This document shows positions 27,836-43,499 of a DNA stretch of 64,000 nucleotides, piece by piece; the first letter of the stretch is position 1; each line of letters begins with the position of its first letter. This stretch comes from Octopus vulgaris. Its lineage: Eukaryota. The stretch is taken from the NCBI GenBank assembly GCA_951406725.2, contig OX597841.1, forward strand, positions 25,296,001 to 25,360,000. Reading direction: 5' to 3'. The notes beneath the pieces were generated by a model. The model saw only the letters and a program-made list of their open reading frames with translations. It was not told where the DNA came from and ran no database searches. Position numbers and translations under genes: made by a program.

Positions 27836-30800
27836 TAATATATACACATATATTTACATATATACATACCATTGTATATATACTTACTACATATGTCCAT
27901 ACATATACTTAATATATATAGCTGCAGATGCATGAACATACTCATCCCTGCATACATACATAGACATGTTTCCTGACCTACATACACACATTCTTACATT
28001 TATATACACACACATATATACATTAATGTGAGGGATTATATATACATTGGTTTTTCCCACGTATTGTTTTCTGCAACAAAGAATGTCTGTTGAAATAGAA
28101 TATCTTTCAGTAGAAAACTGAGACATTTTACATGAAAAATCGTGAGGAATAATTTGATATTATATACAGTAACATACGGAGATATATATACACACACAGA
28201 GTAACATACACGGATATAGACACACATACATAGATATATATGTATATGGACAGTGTGCATGTCGTGTATTTAAGGACATTTAATCATCAGTATATTACTC
28301 TCTCCAAACCAATTCTAAGGTTTCTTTCAGATCCCTGATGGCAGATAAAATGCTAACACAAGAAATGAAAAGAGATGCAGCCATTGTTGCCAAGTGTGTG
28401 GACCTTAGGGATTTAGAAAATATCAAACTTGAAAGATCTTTAGTACACAAAGCTCAGATGAAAATAGGAGAATTCTCGTGATTTAACAGCCATACAGAGC
28501 TCTCGGTCATTGGCTCAATACATACATATATACATTCCTATAACAATAGAATCTGACTAGAAGGAGATTTGGCTGTTATTTCTATGAGGGTTAGCTACTC
28601 TAAAGCATTCTCCTTCCTTGCTTCGCGCATACATTCAATGTCCGATGCATTAACAATGATGTCATTCACTGCATAAATAATAGTCCTTTCTACAAAAGGC
28701 ACAAGGCCTGACATTTCGTAGGGAAGCGGACGGTCGACTACATCGGCCTCAGTACTCAAATGATACTTGTTTTATTGACCCTGGGCAGATGAAACCAAAG
28801 ACGACCTTGGTGGAATTTGAACTTGGAACGTAGCTATGAGTGAAATACCACTAAGCATTTCGCCCAGTATGCTAACGATTCTTAATAATGATAATAATAA
28901 TAACTATAATGAGCTTATTGTATACGATATTAGGGTCACTACAACTTATTGGAAAAAAGTATGCCTGTATGTGTGTATGTATATGGGTGTGTTTGTAGGT
29001 ACATGTTTATATGTATATATATGTACATGTGTGTGGTGTGTGTGTGTATACCTCTATATGCATGTATACAAATTTAAATATTGAGGATAAAATTTTTCCA
29101 TATAAAGAAAGAAGGCAAAATAAGTGAATATGATTGGTTCAGAAACATGAAACATTTGAATGGAAATACATTGAGAGGTGGTGGTGGTGGTATTGTTGGA
29201 GATGGTGTAAAGAGAGAAAGAAAGAATATAGAATTGGATAGGAGGTGGGGAGAGGGTGTCATTCACATAGTCTGTGGTAATCTGAGATAGGCATGTCGAT
29301 GTAATCTGGCTAACATATACTTCAACACACCAACATATACACACACACACCTATACATTACAACAGCCACATGCTTTTAAACCAAGATACATACCCATGA
29401 CAAGGTAACACCCACCAGGTATCTAGAAACTTCTTCCTGGTAGATTATAAATATAGCTTTAAGTGCTGCACAAAAACACATTATTGCGACTCTTGCATGA
29501 TATTTCTGAGAGAGAAAGACTTCAGGCTGGAATGAACCCCTCAACACAAGTAATTCAGGTAATTATTTTAATTAACGCACATTTGACTAACACACTTCGT
29601 TAAAACTTCATTAAAACTATTTCAAACATAAACTTTTGTATTGGAATTTGTTTTATTTTCAGGTAGTATTTTAAAGACTAGATACTTTTCAAAGATTTTA
29701 CACTGTTACATTACAAGTAAAAATTTTCATTTCCAGAATATAAAATAAAGTATAGTTTGGTTATAACTATGTCAAAACTATTTGATGGAAATTAAAGGAA
29801 CGGATATGTTCATCTAAGAATACACAATTTTAGGTAGTTTACAGTGGATTTCTAATTCTCAGGTGAAATTTGAAATTTGTAAATCAATTCTATGGCTGTT
29901 AATTTAATTGTTAGTTTTTTGTAAACTTAATTTTTTAAAAGCTTAGCAAGGAAGAAGGGCCCTGCCGATGGCCCTTTATATTTCCAGGGTCTTCAAAAGT
30001 GGTGAATGGAAGATAGACATTCTCAAAACAGGAGACCTAACATGAATGCATACAATAGAGAAATCCTCTCCTGAAAAGCAGCTCAAGAGCCAGGTGATGG
30101 TGTTGAAAAAGGTGATAGATTAAGTCTGCAACCCAGGGAGGCAACAAAAGGATTTGAACTCAGATCATAAAGAACCACATTAAATACTACAAGAAATCTT
30201 GTCAAATATTTAATTCTATCAGACCACCACCTCAGACTGGCATTTTAATTATCGACCCTTGCATGATAACAATCAAAATTATTCTCGGCAGGATTTAAAC
30301 TCAGCAGACAAAGAGAATAAATACCACAAGGTATTAAGTCCAACGTTCTAATGACTTTACTAATTGATCTTTTTCTTCTTTTAATCAATGAAATGTTTTA
30401 AACTGCTTTTTTATTTTAATATTAAACTTTGTGTATAAATGGAATTGTTCTGGTAATTTCATTTCTATTTTATATCTTGAAGCAAACAAGAAGAATTGTT
30501 TAAATATTAAACAATTTGGTGACAACATATATTTTCTCTCTCAGCACATCTTTATCCTACATCAACATTTTAATGTACAATGCATTAAATATGTTTTCTC
30601 ACCATCTTCGATATTATTTATCAGATGGATGGCTTCTGAGAATTATTTCACGTTGTCTGCATTTATTATAAAATGTATTACAAACCAACAATAAAGTCCT
30701 AAAAATGCCCTTAAAAACATATTAGATAATAACACATTGGTGAGGTCATGGCTAGAATGTCTGACCATAGGGTGACTAGATAAGAATTAACTTTCATCAA

Positions 30801-30857
30801 CAGAAGCCATAATTTTCATTTATTTTAAACAAATATATTTGTTACATTTCAAATATA

Positions 30858-31160
30858 ATGAACCTGTTAGTCTTACTAGCTGCATCGCCAAGCTGATGGA
30901 ATCCTGTATCAGGGAAACCCTCTGGAACTTCTGGAAGTCTCACAGCCTCATCCAACCATCACAATTTGGATTTATTTCTAACTCCATCGAGTTTCTTGAG
31001 GACGTTACCCAAATCACTGATCGCGGATCCTAGGTGGATGTTGTTTACCCGGACTTTGCTAAGGCTTTTAACTCTGTGCCACACAAAAGACTTATGGTGA
31101 AGCTCTCTGCATTGGGCGTAAGAGATGAACTCTATAACTGGTTGAAGTCCTTTATTTTCG
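30858..31160 (+). mobile_element. CR1-like LINE fragment, inverted partial duplicate of 34381-34615
   Basis: PVSLTSCIAKLME...QFGF. Overlapping sequence is reverse-complementary to 34385-34612. Confidence 0.8.
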
Positions 31161-31663
31161 TGGGTTGGTTTCTGTGATAGTCCCACTTTCTCATAAAAGA
31201 AAATAGCATCTACACTATTTTGCATTGCTTTGTTGTTTGTGACTAAACTTTCATTAACTGGACATTTATATTCCAGGAAACTCGTTTGATTTTCCTTCAA
31301 TGGTGGTAGATATCTGAAACTGTATATTAACAACGTTTTAAACTTTGGTCTATTTGGCTTTAACTTTACATTTCGATCAGAATCTGACTGATTTTGGTGC
31401 CTATTCCGTTCATAATTTTCCCATCTTTCCTCTCCTGGTGGGACATATTTCATTTGAGCTTCGATACGATTGTTTTCAGGTTGATTACCTGGAAACAATC
31501 GAGAGGTATTCCTTCTGTAGGAAACATACTGCTTAGCTGTTGAAGTCCAATTCCAAATGTTTTGTAGGTTCTTGAGATTATATTCAAATTGAGAAATATA
31601 AAAAGAAATGCATACTACTATGAATATGACAAAGAGGAAAAATATCTTGCGGTAGGTGTCCAT
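31158..31663 (-). pseudogene. FucT exon-1 copy, 3'-truncated and fused to a CR1-like LINE fragment
   Basis: MDTYRKIFF...GLSQKPTH, then switches to antisense LINE RT sequence at a TTCG microhomology. Confidence 0.88.
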
Positions 31664-33259
31664 TACTTATTTGGTGTGATGTGAACAGTTTCAAGTAGTT
31701 ATTCATGTAGCAGTAAGTATTTCTTGAATGAGGCAGTGAACTAGTTAGTTAAGAGGATTGATCAGTAACAAAGATTTATAAAATCATAAAACAAACAATT
31801 GTTGTCTTCTTTATCAGGAAAATCGTGTCAGTAGACAGTTGACAAATTGTTAGATAGTTGCCTAGCATTTTGCCCGGCATGCTAACAATTCTGCCAGCTC
31901 ACCACCCAATAGTAATTAATAATAATGATAACAACCCCGCCCCCTCTCCTATTTTATATCCTTCATATGTCCTTCTCTTCTTTTACTTTCATCTCTCTCT
32001 CTTCTCTCTCTTTCTCTCATTCCCTGTCTCCTTTTCAATATCAACTTCAACATTTTATTTCCCTTTTACATAAACATGTATATATTATATCCATGTGTGT
32101 GTGTTGATATAGTGTACGTGTATATATGTATATATATATATTATTTTATTCTTGTACTTGTTTCAGTCATTTCACTGTGGCCATACTGGAGTACCACCTT
32201 CAGTCAAACAAATTGACCCCAGGACTTATTCTTTGTAAGCTTAGTACTTATTCTATTGGTGTCTTTTGCTGAACTTTTAAGTTACAGGGATGTAAACACA
32301 CCAGCATCGGTTATCAAGCAATGTTAGTGGGACAAAAATAAAGACACAGTTACGTACCTATTTGATTTCTTATCTTAAATTTCAGTAATATTGATTTAGA
32401 AATTTTGAATTTTCCATGAAACATAAAATCTAAAACTTTTTGTCATTAAATATAATTTACATTTTCTCTCTTTAAAATTCATAAGTTATTTTTGAAATTG
32501 TTAAAAAAATATGAACTTTCTTTTCTTGTAAAAGTATTTGAAATCATGGACACATCTTTTATAGTTTATAAAATGGTAGGAGGAAATTAGCACAAATGTG
32601 AAGAGTGTGCGTATATATGTATGTATACAAGTGTGTATCTCTCTCTCTCTCACTTTATATATATATATATATATATCTTCTTTCCATCATTTAATCATTA
32701 GTACTTACTGTTTAATTAAAATTTCAACTTCATTTCCTAACCTAGCTGATCCACAAATAGATTCAGTTAAAATATGTACCGGACTGAAAAAGAAATACCG
32801 GTGTTAATACGATCAGTTAAATGCATAAAGCAATGCTCCATCATGGCCATGGTTCAATAACTAAAGGAGTAAAACACATCAGCCACACATTACATACATA
32901 ACTTGAAATCTTTCTACCACCACGACCACCACCATTTAGTCTGTTTACCTATCTCTATAAATGACACACCCTCTCTTCAATTATTATTCATGTCTTTCTC
33001 ATCCACAAATCTACATTTTAAAAAATAAATACACCCATCACTATTCTATTTCTCAACCAAGCTGATAATTCCACAGAAATCTCCAAGAATATTTCTATAT
33101 TTACCAAATTATAACATAGACTATTCCTTCAAATACAATATTTAAATGTAATTTATAAAAATATATCAAAATTATAATCTTTTAAAATTTAATAGAATGT
33201 TTAACTTTTATAATGTCAGAATACAATTTATAAAGTTGAAATATTAAAATAATTTTTAT

Positions 33260-34615
33260 AATAATAATAATAATAATAATGAAATTATTGTATACAGTGC
33301 TCAGGTGCACCACAACTTGTCAGAAAGTGCGAATAAAATATATGCAGTAATGTACAAATATCTGGAAAGCGAACAATGCATGAGTCAGATACATGCTTGT
33401 GTGTGTATGGAGGAGGAGAAAATCAGGTGTAGTGTTGGCGAATCTCAGAAAGCATGGAAGTTTTGAAGGATGCAGTGCTCCGACAACTAACAACTGATGC
33501 CGGCAGTTTGTTCCATGCTTCAGCAACTCTCAGCGTGAAAAAATGTTTCCGAAAGTCATGGAGCTGTGCTGTTTTCTGACTTTGTAAATATGTCCACGGG
33601 TGTTAGACAGGTGGAGTTTGAAAAGGTGCTCAGAGTTATTGTTTGTAAGATGGTTGATAATTTTATGGGTGTCTGCCAAGTCAGCTGCCAGACGTCGGAG
33701 TTTCAATGTGTCCATGCCCAGGGAAGTAAGGCGTTCAGAATATGGCAAATGCCTGATGGAGGGTATTCTTTTGGTTGCACGTCGCTGAACGGCTTCCAGA
33801 CGATTGATATCCTGGGCAAGATAGGGGTTCCAGACCGGTGATGCAAATTCCAGGTGAGGTCTTACCATAGCTATATAAAGCCGCAGATAGATAGTCGGAG
33901 AGCGGCTCACAAAGGATTTGGTGAGTGATGCCAAGACACCCTCAGCCTTCTTGACAATTTTAGCGATGTGTTTTGTCCAACGCAAATCACTGTCGACAAT
34001 AACACTCAGGTCACGTTCACATGAAGACTTTTTGAGATTAGTGTTGTGGAAGGAGTAGGTGGACGCTGGGTTTCTCCTCCCAAAATGCATGGTGGTACAT
34101 TTGTCCACAGCCAGCTTGAGTTGCTGTCCATGATCCACTGCTTCATTGTGTCCAGGTCTGCTTACAATAGAGATCTATAGTGTACAGGATCTGACCTCTT
34201 TATTTCGAGGTACAGCTTGATGTCATCTGCATATTTCAGCACTGTGGCATTTTTTAAGTTGGCATCTATGTCATTAACATATGCAACAAATAAAAGGGGG
34301 CCAAGAACAGATCCCTGTGGTACACCAGATGTCATCTCATAGGGTGAAGAGTGCTGTCCTAGAACTGTGACAACCTCTTTTTGGCCGAAAATAAAGGACT
34401 TCAACCAGTTATAGAGTTCGTCTCTTACGCCCAACGCAGAAAGCTTCACCATAAGTCTTTTGTGTGGCACAGAGTTAAAAGCCTTAGCAAAGTCCAGGTA
34501 AACAACATCCACCCAGGATCCGCGATCAGTGATTTGGGTAACGTCCTCAAGAAACTCGATGAGTTGATTACAGCAGCTGGAGTTAGAAATAAATCCAAAT
34601 TGTGATGGCTGGATG
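33260..34615 (-). mobile_element. CR1/L2-group LINE, 3' part of RT ORF2 with (ATT)n tail
   Basis: DVVYLDFAKAF, SGVPQGSVLGPLLF, KYADD, VRPHLEFASPVWNP. Confidence 0.9.
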
Positions 34616-34790
34616 CCATTTGTTTGCCTTTACGTTCTGAGTTCAAATTTTGCCGACATCAACCCTCCTTCTTTCGGGGTCAATAAAATAAGTACCTTTT
34701 GAGTTCTGGGGTCAATGTAATCAATTTACCTGCTCTCCAGAACTTGCTGGCCTTCTGTTAAAATTTGAAGCCATTATTATTATTAGTATT

Positions 34791-34822
<32 letters not shown>

Positions 34823-34981
34823 GACTCATCTGCCACTACATTCTGAGTTCAAATTCCACCAAGGTCAACTTTGCCTTTCATCCTTTTGGGGTCGATTCAA
34901 TAAGTACCAGCTATGCACTGGAGGAAATGTAATTTACTAGTCCCCTCACCCCAAATTTCAGGCCTAGTGCCTATAGTAAGA

Positions 34982-35035
<54 letters not shown>

Positions 35036-35149
35036 CATGATCATTATCATTATTATTATTATTATTACTGTGACAAGCTGGCAGAATTGTGAGGATGCAA
35101 AGCAAAATGTTGAGCGGCATTTTGTCCATTTTACATTTCTGAGTTCAAA

Positions 35150-35571
35150 GAGGCCCTTTGTCACCAGCAGCGGTAAGAGCTCTCTGAACTTTGCCCAAGC
35201 TATTCTTATTCTAGCAGCTACACTTTCAGCGCACCCTCCCCCGCTACTGACTTGGTCAACTAAGTCACGGAAGCTAGCAACTACTAGTTTTCCTCCTTGG
35301 AATGTGGCGGAAGTTGTTCTCTGCGCATTTTCAGTGATTATTGCTCCTGAGCATCTGCCACATACAAAAACTATCTTCCCCATTAGCCTTCCTTTGATAT
35401 TACTGCACTTCTTATGTGTCCATAGCTTACACTGGGTACATCTTATAGAGTTTTTACCTACGCTTCTACTACAGATCGAGCAGGGCCATCTACCTGAAGG
35501 GATTTGTGGTTTGCCTGCCTTTCTACTTATTAGGACTTTGGTTTTAGCTAGGTTGACTCTAAGGCCCTTCG

Positions 35572-35575
<4 letters not shown>
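35150..35575 (-). mobile_element. RTE-like LINE fragment with PHD-like Cys cluster
   Basis: WPCSIC...IRCTQCKLWTHKKC...CGRC and ARIRIAWAKFRELLPLL. Confidence 0.75.
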
Positions 35576-35609
<34 letters not shown>

Positions 35610-37868
35610 TATTTAGCAGAAGTAACAAAATGACCTAAGATCCGAAAGTTTCATTTATTAGCATTTATCAAACTGGTTCTTTGGAGATATATTCCCAGAC
35701 CTCCAAAAACCGGTTTGATGAGTGTCAACTCTCAAACCTTGAGTCCCTACTGTCACGCCACTATCACCCCTACCTCTATCTTTCATCTCTCAATCACTCT
35801 CTCTTCTTTTTACTCTACTATCGTACTGCTGTGACAAAGATTGGCAGTAAATCTCTTCTCTTCACCATTCTTCCAATGAAACTAGGGATGTTACTGGACC
35901 TACCTGAGACTCTCCCCAACACTCAGCCACTCTTTTTCATATATTTATTACCCTAGATATCACACCCATCCCAAGGTATATGTCAAACCCAGAGATTGAG
36001 GGGAACCTTTAGTTTTGTCGAGGACATGGCAATCGCCTCTAGTGATGGTCCCATAAGATGCACCTAGTGCACATTGTGCAGTGGTTGGTGTCAGGAAGAG
36101 CATTCAGCTGTAGAAAGAAAACCAGAAAATGTAACTTCAGGCAAGATATTCTTTGAACCATCCAACCCATTCCAGCATGGAAAGTGGGGGTAAAATGATG
36201 ATCATACATACATACAGACGTATGGATGTATAAATATACATATGTGCATCTTTCTTTGTGTATATATTATACACATTCATTCTATCATATATGTATATGT
36301 ATGTGTATATAAATACATACACAATTAGATTAAAGTCTAAATATCTTGCAAACAACTTGCACATGCAAGTGCTACCAGTTAAAAGCTCCGTATATCGGAA
36401 GCTAGCAAGTGTATGGGGTCATCAGGAGAGAATGCGCGCCGTTTCGGGGCCTACCTCTCATAATTATTATGAGAGTTTTTGTAGGTTTTTCTTCCCCGAA
36501 ATAAACCAAGTTGAATGGCACAAGTGAAACATAAACATTCATTCCAATTTAATTTTACAATTGAAATATATGCAATTATCTGGTTTTCTCTTTATAAACT
36601 TTGTTGTCAACAACAACAGCAATAACAACAACATAGCCTTATCCAGCTTTTCCCAAAAATATGTTGTTGTTGTTTAGTCCATGTATATTCAAAGAGCTGA
36701 CATCCTGAAGAAGGTCTCTTTTACTTGTCATTCCTCCTGGGGTCAATAGAGTAACAGTCATTATTTTATAGACCAAGGGGGAGGTGGAGGATCATTCTGA
36801 TGATGATGGATCACCAGAATGTCATTAAACACCCCACCAATATTTCCTAATCCACCTCATTAAACCCCCAATACTTCATAATAAACTACACCAAGTTATA
36901 ACTCCTCACCTAACACAAAATAAAACACACTTCATCTGCCAAACCCCTTTTTCATACAAAAACATCTTTCTCATTGCTACCCAAACATTGTCCCTGAAAT
37001 TAAAGATAATTAAGATGAACCTACCTTTCATTTAATTGGGTTTATTCATTTACCAATCTTTATTATCTCAATCATCAACAAATAATAACGATCCTCTCAA
37101 CATGCTGTCTATCAGTGTGATTATATGAAAGCCCATCTTTGGATAAGCTTTCCGAGTTAATCAATGTTGTGTATGATAATTGTGTGGATTATATTGAAAT
37201 GTCGAGAGATTTACAGCATTTGTCAGGTTAAGAACAGTTTCATCTCCAGCTTTATTGGTATCTCTGAATCCAAGTAAATATGATGGAAACCGAGCCAACC
37301 ATGACTGTCCCATCATTTCCAGTACATATAATCATTAGTAATACTTATATTCCATCTAACTAGCAAAATGTTCAGTCTGTCTTGTATCTGACAAATGTCT
37401 ATGAAACATAATTAAGTCTATGTTTTGCTAATTGTTCCATGTTAACGAAGTTTGAACATGATTGCTGTGTGTTGGGACATAATATCACATGTATACCAAT
37501 TAAAGTTAATTTTCTCTACAGCTTAGTTTGTCTCGTTATTGAGTGCTTTTGGAGCAGGGGAATCTCTTTGATTAATTATCGTTAAATAAATGACTATTAC
37601 TTTGTGATGTTGAGAGCAAATATCATTTCCAGTGAATATAATTATTTCTAATATTTCGACTCCATGTAATTAATGAAACTTATTAATACATCTTAGAATA
37701 GATTGTAATAAGTTGTTTAAATATTAATTAGACAAGATTAATTCACTGACAGAAATACATAAATGTTTTGTTTGTGTTTTTCAAATAATGAAGTAAACAT
37801 CATCTCCCTGAAACTTTAATATTTTCACAAAGCTAAATGTTTTCTTTATATTTCTTTATAGATTCACT

Positions 37869-39374
37869 ATGGAAGACCCAAGAGAAAATACTTTAAGGAA
37901 ACTTATCCCTCAGAAAAGAACTTTAAGGAACTCGACACCAAAATGGGATGAAGAAGGAGTTGACTATAAAAGGGGTAAATATGAGAGAGATGACGGTTCA
38001 AGGATAGAAATGTCCGATAAACGGGCTTCATCTCAGCCAACAACAAAACAAAAAAGACATAAAGGAGACCATAAAAAGATGGAAATAATGAGAAGACAAA
38101 TAGTTTTGACAAACATATATTTTATACAAGATTAAATGCCTATGAAGACAAAATTGATTTGTTGATAAATTCTCGGAAAGAAATATGTACTTTTTTAAAA
38201 AGAATAGGAATGGATAAAAATACTTTTCTAAAAGATTTTACACAGAGAATAGAAATTCTGATGAAAGACATTAAAAAAAACGATTACAATCAAGAATTTA
38301 TTATGTTTGGAAAAATTAGAATTGTTCCTGGAACACTATTTACAAAGAAATATTCTACAAGACAAACACAAAACCATTGATCCACCAAAAATAACCACAA
38401 AAATTCGGCCTCTTCAGCCAGTTGTGACCAGAGAAGCAAATATCGAGGAATCTGGAGAAGAATTACAGGAAAGGACAATATCCAATATTGTCATCATGAG
38501 GAGGGAGTGATGACATATTCCCACCATTATAAGACAATAAGTTTAGTAACAAGAGACAGTGACAGAAACGATGTCCATTGTCCATCGTCTGTCACCAGTT
38601 TCACCAGAATCAGAGAAGACATGGTTCTGGCAACCCTCCCCTTCCAAGAAATGATTCTTATTATCCAGCCTCAAAACCTTCAAGATCAAAAGGATACAGT
38701 TGGGGTTACATATGGTGAGTTACTTGAAAGATTCTACACTTATAGGTGTAGAAATGTTTGGTAAGACAGTTTACCAATTTGATTGGGAGGATAATACCAT
38801 TAACTGTCAATTTATTACCAAAGAAACACCTACAGATATTGCTGTAGGGGTCCAGAATATACTTGTAATTACATTCGCCAGCATCAACAGAGTAATCTGT
38901 TACAAACTGGATGGCCAACAGTTATGGGAGGTAGAGACCCATTCTCTGCACCTCCCAAGTAATATCTCTCTCTACCAAAATTATTTCTATGTCCTCCAGG
39001 GACAAATAATTTATAGGATTTCAGCTAAAGGTGGTGTGACAAGGAGGGACATTGGCAGGAAATGCCACTCTATTTCTGTTGGTAAAGATACCATTTTGGT
39101 AACAGATTATTGCGGCAAACCACATGGTATTCAAATAAATAAAGACTTTTGGCCCAAACTGTCATACCACCACCAGCTACATACCCCTAGTTTAAAAGAC
39201 TATACTGATATTGAGGATTGCTACAACATTACAAATACTCTGCCTATGTCTACATCTATATTAATAATTTACAAAAACAAGAAAGCTAAATTATTCACTG
39301 ATAACGGGGAAATAATTAACCAAAATAATTTATTTTTCCTTGAGAAAAATTATATTTTGAAAGATCAATCATAA
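37869..39374 (+). pseudogene. Frameshifted ORF; C-terminal part resembles NHL/beta-propeller repeats
   Basis: Acceptor-like TTTCTTTATAG before the ATG. Chain of overlapping ORFs in non-repetitive sequence. PTDIAVG..NILVIT..INRVICYKLDGQQLW is NHL-like. Confidence 0.45.
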
Positions 39375-40275
39375 ATATCAGGCAGTGACAACGGAAAGGT
39401 CTGCTTCAAGGCAGACAGCAAAACACTAACATTTAAAAGGGACAGACGAACTTGCGAGCTGAATAAAACAAAAATATTGGAAACCAAAGTTTGAAGGGAG
39501 AGAATCTGAGGATAGTAGAGTCACCATGGCTGGCATTTCTTAACCACGGACAGCAACGTAGTGGCAGTTTAACGGCTGGCGTAAAATGTTGAACTTGATG
39601 TAAAAGAAAATTCCTTAACACCAAGTTTTGAAGTGATTCTTTCTTACGACAGTACACTCACCATGGCAAGCATTCAAAACTTCTTCATCATGGACGGCAA
39701 CACATTTTGGTTAATATAACCCCCGATTTCATTCGGGTCTACTCGGGCCACATTTTATAAGATGAGGAATTTTGTCCTAGAGGTCACGCCTTTCATTTGA
39801 GGAAAAAAAATAGTTGCCATGCAAACTCGCCAGCACTTTTAACATAGGTGTGCATATTTTCAGCTCAACCGACCACATATCGACTAAGCTGGAGATAAAA
39901 CTGTTCTTAACCTGACAAATGCGGTAAATCTCATTTCAATATAATCCACACATTTATTATTCCATAAATTTATTAATTTGGAAAGCTTATCAAAAGATGG
40001 GGTTTCATATAATCACACTGATACACAGCATGTAGGAGGGGATCATTATTATTTGTTTAAGATTGGAAATAATAAAGAGAAACACAGAAAGACACTGTCA
40101 GAACGAGAGGAAAAATTATTCCGTGCAATGTTACGAGGCAGGAAATCTTATTGCCAGGGGAAATCACTCTAAGAATATATGTATAAAATTACCTCCCTTA
40201 CATACTGGTATGTGTGCCCGTTCTAGTGTGTATGTGCGTGTGTGTTTCGAGGCACCTTCGACATTAACATTGATG

Positions 40276-40342
<67 letters not shown>

Positions 40343-41344
40343 GCATATATATATACACGTACATTTAAACTCGCTAGCTAAAGTTCCGTTGCATGACTTT
40401 TAGAGGCCACCCCCTGCAACATTTTGTTTCGAGGTCCCATCCCTTCAATCAAAATTCATTGTTCAATATCTCGCGTTACCCTAAAGAACATCTTTAAAAA
40501 ACACGAAAAGTTAAATTTATTCAGATCTGTTACACATTTCAATCAGTAAAACTTCCAGGTATGAATAAAAGGGCACTTTTATAATCCAGGTAACTTTCAA
40601 AGACAAACACGGCGCACTTTTCGCTTCGTGAAATCATCGATCAGTTCAGATTAATCAAGCTGAACCCACAAATGAACCCACACATACATCCCACACAGCA
40701 CACAACCATACATACACGCACACACATACATACACGCACACAATTATACATACGCATATATACACTAACACGCACGTGCAAGCACACATGCACACATACA
40801 CTAAGTTAAGCACAGTTACTCGCCATACACACAAAAAAACGCACACGTACATACACACATACTACAACAAAACACACACACGATACATATACACGCACAC
40901 ACACATACCTCCCTGTTTCTGACCTGCCTTTCTGACTTGCTAGGGTATCCCCACACCACTCCTTAATTCTACTAATGCCTGCTACTAGCCATTGTCCACC
41001 ATACACACACACACACATACACGCACACACTCACACACACACACTTGTCATCTCGCACACCTTTTTTTACCATTCCTTCTTTGATATAGCTCTCTTGTTT
41101 TTAAAAACATTTTCCTCCATTTTTACCACTTCCGTCTTTTTAGCATGTGACCTCGTGAATACCACCTGCAATTTTTTTTCCTCTGTCCTCCCGTGTCGGG
41201 ATCTTTCTTTCTCCTATGTTTCCGACGAAGAGCTCCGCTCGAAACCTTAAACCCTCCTTCTTCCGTTCTTTCCTGAGCGTCCAATAATACTTTATTTGTT
41301 CCACATCCTTGCGTTGTTGTCTTTTTGTTTTCTTGTTTGGATTA

Positions 41345-41475
<131 letters not shown>

Positions 41476-42203
41476 ACCCCCACCATTTCCCATTATATAT
41501 ATATATATATATATATAGTCTTTTGACCAGGTTATCAGATGTTGCTACACATCGCTGGTCACAACGCGCTTCGCATTGTTTTAGACTTCAAATAACGTCA
41601 CCCCGCTGGCTAAGAAAGAGTGAGAGAAAGTTGTGGCGAAGGAGTACAGCAGGGATTGCCACCCCATCCCCCTGCCGGAGCCTGGAGGAGCTTTAGGTGT
41701 TCTCTCTCAATTAACACTCACAACGCCCGGTCTGGGAATCGAAACCGCGATCCTACAACCGCGAGTCCGCTTCTTCTTCTTCTTCTTCTTCTTCTTCTTC
41801 TTCTTCTTCTTCTTCTTCTTCTTCTTCTTCTTCTTCTTCTTCTTCTTCTTCTTCTTCTGCTCCACCATCTACCTCTTAACTTTATCACTAATGCTTTTTA
41901 GTATAACACCTACGCAAATTCCATAAACAAACCTTTCAATAGAAATATTCTCCTGAATTGAACTGCAACTGCTAGCCGTCACTGACCATTCAAAATACGA
42001 CCATCAAGGCACTCCCAAATCTTTCCACCCCCTCTCCTCATCAACCTTCTTCTTCTTCTACCCTACCAAGAATTCACGAACACACAAATGCAAACAAGGG
42101 AGACAAGGAAAGGCAGAATGCCACTTATATTTGAACACTATACAAATATTCCTTTAAAAAAACTTTTCTTTTAATTTTTCTAAATTTAATTATTTAATCG
42201 TTA

Positions 42204-42241
42204 CAGTTGAAAAGGTCTCAAAATGACCGAAACCGGTACTG
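42204..42241 (+). ncRNA. Type I hammerhead, U3-A8 core
   Basis: CAG-TTGAAAA-GGTC tcaaaat GACC-GAAA-CCGG-TA-CTG. Confidence 0.72.
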
Positions 42242-42331
42242 AAATGTTCTTTATAAAATTATTTTAGCATTTTCTATTTTGACTTGTATTTTCATATATA
42301 TCAACTCGTGTGTTTCTTTTCACCCTTATAC

Positions 42332-42406
<75 letters not shown>

Positions 42407-42417
42407 TACATATATAT

Positions 42418-42469
<52 letters not shown>

Positions 42470-42565
42470 ACATATATATATATATATATATATACGTTTA
42501 AATATTTGTTGTGCAAGATTTTTTATGTGAAGTCGTGTGTATATGACCATTCCGAAATATAACAA

Positions 42566-43047
<482 letters not shown>

Positions 43048-43129
43048 TATATATATATATATATAAAACTGAGAATGTCTGACTCCCTGTTTGAAATGGT
43101 TTGATTAAGCAAAGTATGAACTGTGAACA

Positions 43130-43238
43130 TATATACATCTCTGCTGTAAAGCTCTGACTGGCTTCCAGAAAGCTGTAATGGACAACACCAATTGCAGACC
43201 AACAGACAGTCACCATAATCTTTTGCTGATGCAACTTG
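43130..43238 (-). mobile_element. Mariner transposase fragment
   Basis: KLHQQKIMVTVCWSAIGVVHYSFL resembles the mariner K.M..VWW...G++HYE.L region. Confidence 0.6.
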
Positions 43239-43499
43239 GACCTCGGCGGAATTTGAACCCAGAGCGTAACAGCAGACGAAACACCGCAAAGCATTTCGCC
43301 AAGCGTGCTAACGTTTCTGCCAGCTCGCCGCCTTGATAAGGAAGACCATATCGACCAGCTGCCCGACCTAATTGATATCCCGAATGGCCCTCAACGATCA
43401 GTGTTAGTGGAAATGTTGCTTAAAAAAGTTGGTCAACTGTAGCATGTTTCTCTTGCTATGACTTCAAGTGGCATTGCAGTCACGCTTTGAAGTTGTCAA

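Noticed and set aside
35635-35725. Possible hammerhead (TTGATAA...GAAA on the minus strand)
   Set aside because: Stems I-III could not be paired convincingly.
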